Part shown: piece by piece, positions 1 to 6,590 of the stretch
How positions within the stretch are numbered: position 1 is the first letter of the stretch
Layout of the letters: each line of letters begins with the position of its first letter
NCBI GenBank assembly: GCA_020722485.1
Contig: DYKS01000003.1
Coordinates: forward strand, 1-39,904
Source: Candidatus Elulimicrobium sp.
GTDB lineage: Bacteria > Patescibacteriota > Minisyncoccia > Moranbacterales > UBA9337
Direction: 5' to 3'
Length of the DNA: 39,904 nucleotides
The notes under the pieces: generated by a model
What the model saw: only the letters and a program-made list of their open reading frames with translations
What the model was told of the DNA's origin: nothing
Database searches by the model: none
Translations under genes and position numbers: made by a program

Positions 1-75
1 TAAAATAAAGTGATTATTGTTCCACGTGGAACATATAATAAATATTTTTAATTAACAAAAATGAATAACTTTATT

Positions 76-168
76 TTATCAACAATAAAAACATAACAAG
101 TCTTTTAAATAATAAAAACAACTAATCAACAAAGTTATCCACAGGATGTTATAAATACCTGTGGATAA
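76..168. promoter_or_regulatory. DnaA-box cluster remote from dnaA: TTATCAACA at 76-84 (1 mismatch), TTATCCACA at 135-143, TGTGGATAA at 160-168 (box on minus strand)
   Basis: Direct reading. The two perfect 9-mers form an inverted pair 16 nt apart. Weaker box-like strings (TTATCCTTT/TTATCCTTA near 205-225, TTATCTGTG near 272-280) follow. Confidence 0.6.
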
Positions 169-300
169 CTTGGTGATAAATATTTAAATATAAACTAATT
201 TTTATCCTTTATCCTTATCAGTACCTTTCGTAAAATAAATATTAAAAGTGTAAATTTAAAAAGATTTTAAGTTTATCTGTGGTTTACTTATGATGATAAA

Positions 301-481
301 GGATTCCCGTTTTTACGGGAATGGCAAAAGGAAAAGATCTGACACGATTATAAAAAAGAATGGATTCCCGCCTGCGCGGGAATTGTAAATGTTAAATAAT
401 TCGTTGAGAAAAAGATCGGGAATGACAGAGAGAAATAATAATTTTATCCGAAAATATAAACAATGCGGCGAAATCTAACAT
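301..481 (+). repeat. Composite intergenic repeat, copy 1: palindromes GGATTCCCGTTTTTACGGGAATGGCA (301-326) and GGATTCCCGCCTGCGCGGGAAT (362-383), half-site CGGGAATGACAG (417-428), conserved box AAAATATAAACAATGCGGCGAAATCTAACAT (451-481)
   Basis: The same module order recurs at 37043-37139 and 39238-39345. The box alone recurs at 4183-4214. Confidence 0.7.
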
Positions 482-501
482 CGTGTTATAAATATATTGC
501 C

Positions 502-530
502 TTTACATTCAATTTTACATTTGTTATACT
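502..530 (+). promoter_or_regulatory. Sigma70-like promoter candidate: TTTACA, 17-nt spacer, TATACT
   Basis: Hexamers read directly, with a 17-nt spacer, about 60 nt upstream of the ATG at 592. Confidence 0.4.
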
Positions 531-591
531 TTAATTAAGGAAACAGTTTTTAATTAAAAAAATTAACAAAAAGTTACACTTACTAAAAAAT

Positions 592-951
592 ATGCCACTA
601 GATCAAAAAACCATTGAAATTTTGAAAGAAAAATTATTAGAAGAAAAAACTAAATTAGAAAAAAATCTGAGTAATTTCGCCAATCCTAGTGAAACGGAAG
701 ATGATTACAAAACTATTTTCCGCGAAATTGGAACCGATCCAGATGAAAATGCTTCCGAAGTGGAAGAATATACGGATAATTTGGCATTAGAGAACAATCT
801 GGAAAAACAGCTAGCAAAAATTGATCGCGCGTTAGAAAGAATTAAAAATGGAACTTACGGTATTTGCTCAAAATGCGGAAAAGAAATTGAGCTAGAACGA
901 TTAGAAATTTATCCTGAAGCAGAACGGTGCATAAAATGCGCCAATAAATAG
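592..951 (+). CDS. DksA/TraR-family C4 zinc-finger protein
   Basis: 119 aa. Coiled-coil-like N-terminal part, acidic stretch, C-terminal CSKC..(17 aa)..CIKC four-cysteine finger typical of DksA/TraR. Confidence 0.8.
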   Translation: MPLDQKTIEILKEKLLEEKTKLEKNLSNFANPSETEDDYKTIFREIGTDPDENASEVEEYTDNLALENNLEKQLAKIDRALERIKNGTYGICSKCGKEIELERLEIYPEAERCIKCANK

Positions 952-969
952 TTTTTAATAAAAAGCTAA

Positions 970-1518
970 ATGAAAAAAGATCATTTGCTTTTGTCTTTTT
1001 TTTTATTTTTCCTGCTGATTATTTTTGATCAATGGTCAAAATATCTAATCCGCTATTCCGACAGATTTTATATTTGTAATCAGGGAATTGCTTTTGGAAT
1101 CAAAATTGATTCGATTTTTTTTTATTTCTTTTTGTTTCTTGCCTTTCTTTTTATTTTCCTCCAAATAAACTCCAGATCTAAAAAATCAAACGCAAAACAG
1201 CGTCTAGATTTAAAATTTTATAATTTAAAAAATTTATGGGCTTTTTTAATTTCAGATTGTTTGAATTTGTTTTCAAATTATGATTCGCTATTTGGGTTTT
1301 TAAAAAAATACTATTTAGCATTAATTTTAATTTTAGCAGGCGCTTTATCTAATTTAATTGATCGTTTTATTTACGGTTGCGTATTTGATTTTATTGATAT
1401 TCATTTTCTTAATTACCCTCTTTTTAATTTTGCCGATATATTTATTGTAACCGGTGGAATTTGGTTAGCGCTAAAAATCACGAAAAAAAACAAACTACCC
1501 CATAAATCATCCTTATAA
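970..1518 (+). CDS. lspA: Lipoprotein signal peptidase (signal peptidase II)
   Basis: Polytopic membrane protein. Motifs ...GALSNLIDRFIYGCVFDFID... and ...FNFADIFI... match the LspA catalytic Asp regions. It carries an extra ~50-aa insertion in the middle. Confidence 0.8.
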   Translation: MKKDHLLLSFFLFFLLIIFDQWSKYLIRYSDRFYICNQGIAFGIKIDSIFFYFFLFLAFLFIFLQINSRSKKSNAKQRLDLKFYNLKNLWAFLISDCLNLFSNYDSLFGFLKKYYLALILILAGALSNLIDRFIYGCVFDFIDIHFLNYPLFNFADIFIVTGGIWLALKITKKNKLPHKSSL

Positions 1519-1680
1519 ATTGCCTTTTGCGCTATCCTATATTAAACTTATTGTGTAATAACTTTAATAACTCACTGCTTACAATTTTCATATTTTGGTC
1601 AAATTTTGTAAAAATTTTTATTGACTTACTTAAAAACAAACCGCGAAAATATTGTTAATTTTTTTAAATTCTTTAATTTT

Positions 1681-3207
1681 ATGCCTTCTAAAATTCTTTC
1701 GGCGGCAATCGTTGGACTGGATAGTGAAACAGTAGAAGTAGAAGTAGATGTTCTGAGTCAAGGACTACATAATTTTACTATTGTCGGTTTGCCAGATACA
1801 TCCATCAAAGAATCTCGCGATCGTGTTTCCAGCGCGCTTAAAAATAGCGGTTTTAAGCCTCCACATCAATGCGGACGAATAACAGTTAACTTAGCGCCCG
1901 CCAATCTTCCTAAAAACAGCCCGCTGTATGATTTACCGATCGCGCTGGGATTTCTCTTGGCTACTGGACAAATAGATTTTGATTATCGCGATAAATTATT
2001 CGCCGGAGAATTAGCTTTGGATGGAAAAATTCGTCCCGTTCAAGGTATTTTACCGATCGCGTTAATGGCCCAAGAGAAAAAAATAAAAGAAATTTTCGTT
2101 CCCCGCGCCAACGCGCTCGAAGCCAGTGTAATAAATAAAGTCGATGTTATTCCGGTGGATAATTTGTTTTCTCTGGCACAACATCTAAAAGGAGAAAATA
2201 TTATTCCTTTTTATTTTAAAACCGATCCGAAAAAATTCTTTCAAAAAACCGATTATTTGATAGATATGTCGCATATTAAAGGGCAAGAGCATGCTAAGCG
2301 CGCGCTGGAAATAGCCGCGGCTGGGGGACATAACATCATTCTCAATGGTTCACCGGGATCAGGAAAAACACTTTTAGCCAAAGCAATGCCGTCTATTTTA
2401 CCGCGTCTGACTTTACCAGAAGCATTGGAAATTACTAAAATTTTTTCAGTTTCCGGTAAATTATCCAAAGAAACACCTCTTATAACCACTCGTCCTTTTC
2501 GTTCTCCTCATCACAGCGCTAGCACGGTTTCTTTGATAGGCGGAGGAACTTATCCTAAACCGGGAGAAATCAGCTTGTCTCACAGGGGCGTATTGTTTCT
2601 AGATGAGTTCGCGGAATTCCCCAAAAATATACTGGAAAGTCTGCGTCAGCCACTAGAAGACGGGGTTATTACTGTTTCTCGCGCTAAAGGCACGACAGAA
2701 TTCCCGGCCAGATTCACTTTAGTCGCCGCTATGAATCCTTGTCCTTGCGGAAATGCTAATGATCCTGAAAAATTATGTTCCTGCACACCAGCGCAAATTA
2801 TAAGATATCAAAGGAAAATTTCCGGACCCATTCTAGATCGGATTGATTTACAGATTAATGTAACGCGACTTAAATTTGAAAAACTTCAAGAAGACAGCAC
2901 AAGTGAAACCAGTGATATTATCCGTCAAAGGGTAGAACGGGCTCGAAAAATCCAAGAAAAAAGATTTAAAAATCTAGACGGAATTATTACTAATAGTGAA
3001 ATGAATTCCAATCAAATAAAAAATTTTTGTCCACTAGATAAAGATTGTATAGCACTTTTACGCAATGCTGTTTCTTCTATGAATTTAAGCGCGCGCGCTT
3101 ATTATCGGCTCATCAAAATCGCTCGCACTATTGCCGATTTAGATCAAATGGAAAAAATAACTCCATCTCATATTGCCGAAGCAATTCAATACCGCTTCAA
3201 AGAATAA
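1681..3207 (+). CDS. comM: YifB/ComM-family Mg-chelatase-like AAA+ ATPase
   Basis: Lon-protease-like N-domain (VEVDV..GLP.F.IVGLPD..VKESR.RV), Walker A GSPGSGKT, Walker B LFLDEF, C-terminal ChlI-like helix bundle. I chose ATG 1681 (MPSKILSA...) because the track start TTG 1621 lies inside a TTGACT promoter-like box. Confidence 0.85.
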   Translation: MPSKILSAAIVGLDSETVEVEVDVLSQGLHNFTIVGLPDTSIKESRDRVSSALKNSGFKPPHQCGRITVNLAPANLPKNSPLYDLPIALGFLLATGQIDFDYRDKLFAGELALDGKIRPVQGILPIALMAQEKKIKEIFVPRANALEASVINKVDVIPVDNLFSLAQHLKGENIIPFYFKTDPKKFFQKTDYLIDMSHIKGQEHAKRALEIAAAGGHNIILNGSPGSGKTLLAKAMPSILPRLTLPEALEITKIFSVSGKLSKETPLITTRPFRSPHHSASTVSLIGGGTYPKPGEISLSHRGVLFLDEFAEFPKNILESLRQPLEDGVITVSRAKGTTEFPARFTLVAAMNPCPCGNANDPEKLCSCTPAQIIRYQRKISGPILDRIDLQINVTRLKFEKLQEDSTSETSDIIRQRVERARKIQEKRFKNLDGIITNSEMNSNQIKNFCPLDKDCIALLRNAVSSMNLSARAYYRLIKIARTIADLDQMEKITPSHIAEAIQYRFKE

Positions 3208-3213
3208 TAAATT

Positions 3214-4167
3214 ATGTTTTCTTTGTTCCAAAAAATTTTTAGTGCGGTTTTTCTACTTTTTATCGCTTTTTTATTTATTTCTGCGCTAGGAGTAAAGACC
3301 CAACACTCTTTCAGTGATACGGAAATAACAGAAAAGAAAATTTTTTTGGCAGACAATAATTTTTTATTTTCCACTATCACAAAAGAAAATTCAGTAGAAG
3401 AATTTTTGAAAAGTCAAAAATTAGTTCTAGGAGAAAATGATGAGGTATTCCCGTCCCCGGAAACAAAAATTTATTCCGGTTCTCATATAATCATTAAACG
3501 CGCCGTAAAAGTAATTGTTTTAGCAGACGGAGAAGAAAAAATTTTTTATACTCACAAGAAAAATGTTGCCGAAGCTTTAAATGAACAAAATTTGAATTTA
3601 AAAAACGAAGATATAGTTATTCCTTCTAGAGAATCCGGAATATACTCGGAAATGAAAATCAAAATTACCCGTGTAGAAATTAAATCCGAAACAATCGTCA
3701 AATCCATTGCGTATAAAACAATAACCCAAGAAGATAAGGAGTTGGGTTGGAGAGAGAAAAAAACAAAACAAAAAGGAAAAAATGGATCTAAAGAAATTGA
3801 ATACAAAGTAGTTTATCATAATAATAAGGAAATTTCGCGCGAAATTAAAGGAGAAAAAATATTGAAAGAACCAATAGATGAAATTATCGTTCAGGGAACT
3901 TATGTAAAACTAGGAAAATCACACACTGGACAAGCGTCTTGGTATAATTATACTGGTACAATGTCTGCCGCCAATCCATGGCTTCCTTTGGGTAGTTTCG
4001 TCAAAGTAACCAACCGCGCTAACGGAAAATCGGTGATTGTCCGCATCAATGATCGCGGACCTTTTGGCAAAGGAAGAATTATTGATCTGGATAAAGTCGC
4101 TTTTCAAAAGTTGGCTTCTTTGGGAGCCGGAGTGATAGATGTGAAAATGGAAGAGATATTGAACTAA
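3214..4167 (+). CDS. Membrane-anchored cell-wall protein: DUF348-like region, G5 domain, C-terminal RlpA-like double-psi beta-barrel (YabE/RpfB-type layout)
   Basis: N-terminal TM helix. G5-like block (..KSIAYKTITQEDKELGWREKKTKQKGKNGSKEIEYKVVY..). C-terminus ASWYNYTG..SAANPWLPLGSFVKVTN..NGKSVIVRINDRGPFGKGRIIDL matches the RlpA/DPBB signature. Confidence 0.75.
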   Translation: MFSLFQKIFSAVFLLFIAFLFISALGVKTQHSFSDTEITEKKIFLADNNFLFSTITKENSVEEFLKSQKLVLGENDEVFPSPETKIYSGSHIIIKRAVKVIVLADGEEKIFYTHKKNVAEALNEQNLNLKNEDIVIPSRESGIYSEMKIKITRVEIKSETIVKSIAYKTITQEDKELGWREKKTKQKGKNGSKEIEYKVVYHNNKEISREIKGEKILKEPIDEIIVQGTYVKLGKSHTGQASWYNYTGTMSAANPWLPLGSFVKVTNRANGKSVIVRINDRGPFGKGRIIDLDKVAFQKLASLGAGVIDVKMEEILN

Positions 4168-4182
4168 TTGCTTTTATCTTAA

Positions 4183-4214
4183 AAAATTGTAAACAACACG
4201 GTGGAATCTAACAT
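4183..4214 (+). repeat. Conserved ~31-nt box (AAAATTGTAAACAACACGGTGGAATCTAACAT), solo copy without the palindrome module
   Basis: Aligns position-for-position with 451-481, 37108-37139 and 39314-39345 (TGTAAA, 15 nt, TAACAT). It ends 3 nt before the rsmA ATG. Confidence 0.65.
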
Positions 4215-4217
4215 ATT

Positions 4218-5057
4218 ATGGAAATAAAACCTAAAAAATCTCTTGGCCAGAATTTTTTGACGGATAGAAATGTCGTTAAGAAAATAATAGAGGCAGCAGA
4301 CTTAAAAAAAGACGATGTAATTTTGGAAATCGGTCCGGGAAAAGGAATTTTAACCGAAGCGTTGGCTGAACGCTCCGAAAAAGTCATCGCTGTAGAAATT
4401 GACGGGGATTTGGTTAAATTTCTCCGAAAAAAATTTAAAAATCAAAAAAAAGTTGCGATAATTCACGGAGATATACTGGAAATTTCCAATTTTCAATCCA
4501 TCGGCTGGCAGACAAATTTCAAACAGCTTTCAATTCTTAATGATATTATTTTCAATAAAAGAAAATACAAGCTGATAGCGAATATTCCTTATTACATCAC
4601 CTCCAAGATAATTCGCTTGTTTTTGGAAGCAGAAAACATTCCCTCGCCATCCGAAATGATTTTAATGACACAGAAAGAAGTAGCGGAAAGAATAGCGGCG
4701 CCGCCGGGAAAAATGAGTCTGCTTTCCGTTTCTGTCCAATATTACGCCAAACCGGAAATATTATTTAATGTTTCCAAAAAATCTTTCGATCCAGCTCCGG
4801 ATGTAGACAGCAGTGTAATTAAGATAATTGCGCGAGATACGGAGCAAACAACAAAAGAAAAAAACGAGAAATTTTTCAGAATCGCGCGCGCGGGGTTTTG
4901 CGCTCGCAGAAAAACTCTTTCCAATAATCTTACCAACAGTTTTCACTGGGATAAAAAAGAAACGGAGAAAAAATTAAAAGCGGCCGGAATTAATCCAACT
5001 ACTCGCGCGCAAGAACTTTCAATAAAAGACTGGAAAAAATTAGCAAAATTTATATAA
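4218..5057 (+). CDS. rsmA: 16S rRNA (adenine1518/1519-N6)-dimethyltransferase
   Basis: N-terminal KKSLGQNFL motif and SAM-binding EIGPGKGILT, both typical of KsgA/RsmA. Confidence 0.9.
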   Translation: MEIKPKKSLGQNFLTDRNVVKKIIEAADLKKDDVILEIGPGKGILTEALAERSEKVIAVEIDGDLVKFLRKKFKNQKKVAIIHGDILEISNFQSIGWQTNFKQLSILNDIIFNKRKYKLIANIPYYITSKIIRLFLEAENIPSPSEMILMTQKEVAERIAAPPGKMSLLSVSVQYYAKPEILFNVSKKSFDPAPDVDSSVIKIIARDTEQTTKEKNEKFFRIARAGFCARRKTLSNNLTNSFHWDKKETEKKLKAAGINPTTRAQELSIKDWKKLAKFI

Positions 5058-5529
5058 AAATATTTTCTATATGTTTAATCCAGCACTGGCGAGAGGAAAA
5101 AAGAGCGGTTTTTACTTTAAAACGTTCCGCAAGAAAATTTTCCGGTGAAAAAGCGGAATTAGCAACGGAATCGTAAATATCGGGAAACCAAACAGAAACG
5201 GCGTCAAAACGATAAGGAATATCTAGAAGATGATTGTTTTTAAGATAAACTTGAGCGATTTTTTGCAGTTTATGGAGTTTGAAACGGTTGATGTTTTCTT
5301 CTGGAAGCAAATCGTCGTTGTTTTTCAAAAGGCGGGCTTTTACTTCTACAAAAACTATTTGGCCGGGCGCAGCTTTTTCTTGAACAATAATATCAATTTC
5401 TCCCACTCTTTTGCCGCGATCGTTTTTGAAATTGAAATCAATGATTCGGTAACCTTTGCGCTTTAAATAAGCGGCGGCGGCTCTTTCTCCCAGTTGCCCG
5501 AGTGTTAGTTGTTTTCCCTTTCTAAACAT
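5050..5529 (-). CDS. YraN-family (UPF0102) endonuclease-like protein with C-terminal extension
   Basis: GERAAAAYLKRKGYRII..N......GEIDIIV......VFVEVKAR matches the YraN signature. Its 3' end overlaps the rsmA 3' end by 8 nt (convergent). Confidence 0.75.
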   Translation of the reverse strand: MFRKGKQLTLGQLGERAAAAYLKRKGYRIIDFNFKNDRGKRVGEIDIIVQEKAAPGQIVFVEVKARLLKNNDDLLPEENINRFKLHKLQKIAQVYLKNNHLLDIPYRFDAVSVWFPDIYDSVANSAFSPENFLAERFKVKTALFSSRQCWIKHIENIFI

Positions 5530-5755
5530 ATTGAGGTTAAGTCTGATTACATAAAATATCTTTCACCCAGAGTGCTTTAATTTGCCACTAGATACAATAA
5601 AATTACAATTAAAACAGATAACTTTCTTACCAATAATTTTAATTTACCATATTGGCGCGGAATTTCAAACTTAACCCAAATAAATAAGGGTGGCAATGAT
5701 AAAAATTACTGAAAAAATATCCCTGAAAATTAACTCATTTCTAGCCAGTCAATAC

Positions 5756-5783
5756 AAAAACCACCTCTCAAGAGGTGGTTTTT
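5756..5783. terminator. Bidirectional intrinsic terminator: A5, CCACCTCT, CA, AGAGGTGG, T5
   Basis: 8-bp GC-rich stem (5761-5768 / 5771-5778) with a 2-nt loop, flanked by an A-run and a T-run. Confidence 0.65.
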
Positions 5784-5814
5784 GATCAAAATGAATGTCG
5801 AAAAACAATAATGT

Positions 5815-6026
5815 TTTGTTGCCCGGCATCCGTTTTGATTTTGGAAACCGGGCGCCTTAAACGCCCTAAAATATAATTACTAAAAGGCGATGACGCCCGG
5901 TGTTTTATCATGTACTAACACGCGAACCGGAAACTTAATAGCCCGGGTGAAGAGGCATCTTAAGTTATATATAAGCCGCATGTATTTTACGTACATATAA
6001 CATTTATTCTGGCTTAATAAATGTTT
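5815..6026 (-). ncRNA. Candidate structured RNA (family unknown), probably read on the minus strand into the 5756-5783 terminator
   Basis: GC-rich block in an AT-rich spacer with several local helices: GCCCGG 5821-5826 / CCGGGC 5848-5853; GGCG-ATGA-CGCC 5886-5897; 10-bp AACATTTATT 5999-6008 / AATAAATGTT 6016-6025. No ORF. Strand and ends are uncertain. Confidence 0.3.
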
Positions 6027-6130
6027 CTTCTGCCATTCTCTGGTGATTTTACACCTTTTTAATTCAAAGAACTTTATTATTATTTTTCTTTTTATTTTTG
6101 TTTTAAAAAAAATTTTTTATTTTTATTTTA

Positions 6131-6240
6131 GGTCCCCTGCCAGAGCGGGGCGGTTTCGGCACGTTCTCCGAAACACTTGAACAGCAGAAGAATTTCCAAT
6201 CACAAATAGGGGGAAATTGTGAATGGAAATTCTTCCGCCA
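6131..6240. ncRNA. Candidate ~110-nt structured RNA (family unknown) with a three-way-junction-like fold
   Basis: 19-bp helix with one mismatch (6187-6205 / 6217-6235) and loop ATAGGGGGAAA. 7-bp hairpin GTTTCGG 6153-6159 / CCGAAAC 6168-6174. Possible closing GGCG 6049-side pairing: GGCG 6149-6152 / CGCC 6236-6239. GC-rich and flanked by almost pure A/T. Confidence 0.3.
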
Positions 6241-6437
6241 TTTCTTTAATTTATTTAAACTTTTCAAGATTACTAAATACATTATACCAAAAAAATAACT
6301 CTAAGTCAAAACATACTTTTCTTTTTCCTTTTATTAAAAGGATATCCTTTGAAAAAAATAACTTTTTAAAATTATCTTTTTGATTTCAAAAAAATATTTA
6401 ATTTAAAAAGTAATTTACTTTTTCTAAAATTAGCAAG

Positions 6438-6467
6438 TTATCCACATTTTATTCTAATTTATCCACA
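6438..6467 (+). promoter_or_regulatory. Two direct perfect DnaA boxes: TTATCCACA at 6438-6446 and 6459-6467
   Basis: Read directly; located in the 3' flank of the minus-strand gene 6591-7916. Confidence 0.5.
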
Positions 6468-6590
6468 AATTTTATTCTAACATTTCAATTTTTCCTTAGC
6501 TTTTATAATTTTTTTCTGTTATATGTTTGTTTTCATTAATAATTTTAATTCACATCTGCTTCTGAAAAATTTTCTGTTGTTTCTAGGATT

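Noticed and set aside
301-428. Repeated GGATTCCCG..CGGGAATGACA units considered as a CRISPR array
   Set aside because: The units are palindromic, irregularly spaced, few in number and dispersed over three loci. No regular repeat-spacer periodicity exists and there are no cas genes in the window.
1621-1680. N-terminal extensions in the ORF track: comM TTG 1621, pnp GTG 10267, dnaA 30600, LTD protein TTG 17611, RimK-like 24065
   Set aside because: In each case a downstream ATG gives the family-typical N-terminus. The extension would cover a promoter-like box (1621), a leader hairpin (10267), a DnaA box (30564-30572), an AT-rich leader (17611) or the upstream gene's end (24065).
5050-5057. 8-nt convergent overlap of the rsmA and yraN-like 3' ends
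   Set aside because: This is common in compact genomes, and I see no evidence of regulatory significance.
2253-5466. Short embedded or antisense ORFs: 2253-2489, 3045-3242, 3186-3380, 3552-3806, 3598-3819, 3919-4107, 4742-4936, 4761-4946, 5230-5466
   Set aside because: All are nested in or antisense to confidently assigned genes (comM, G5/RlpA protein, rsmA, yraN-like) and have no recognisable motifs.
5815-6240. Attempt to assign the structured blocks to RNase P RNA, tmRNA, SRP RNA or a tRNA
   Set aside because: I found no GAGGAAAGTCCGGGC-type CR-I, and the only CR-IV-like string (ACATGCGGCTTAT on the minus strand, about 5965-5985) is in the wrong position relative to the ends. There is no GGTTCGA-TCC T-arm or ..CCACCA end and no tag-ORF for tmRNA. 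There is no GGAAGCAGCC / GNRA helix-8 signature for SRP, although CTGGCAGGGGACC faintly recalls the 4.5S 3' end. These may still be very divergent versions, so a covariance-model search is needed.
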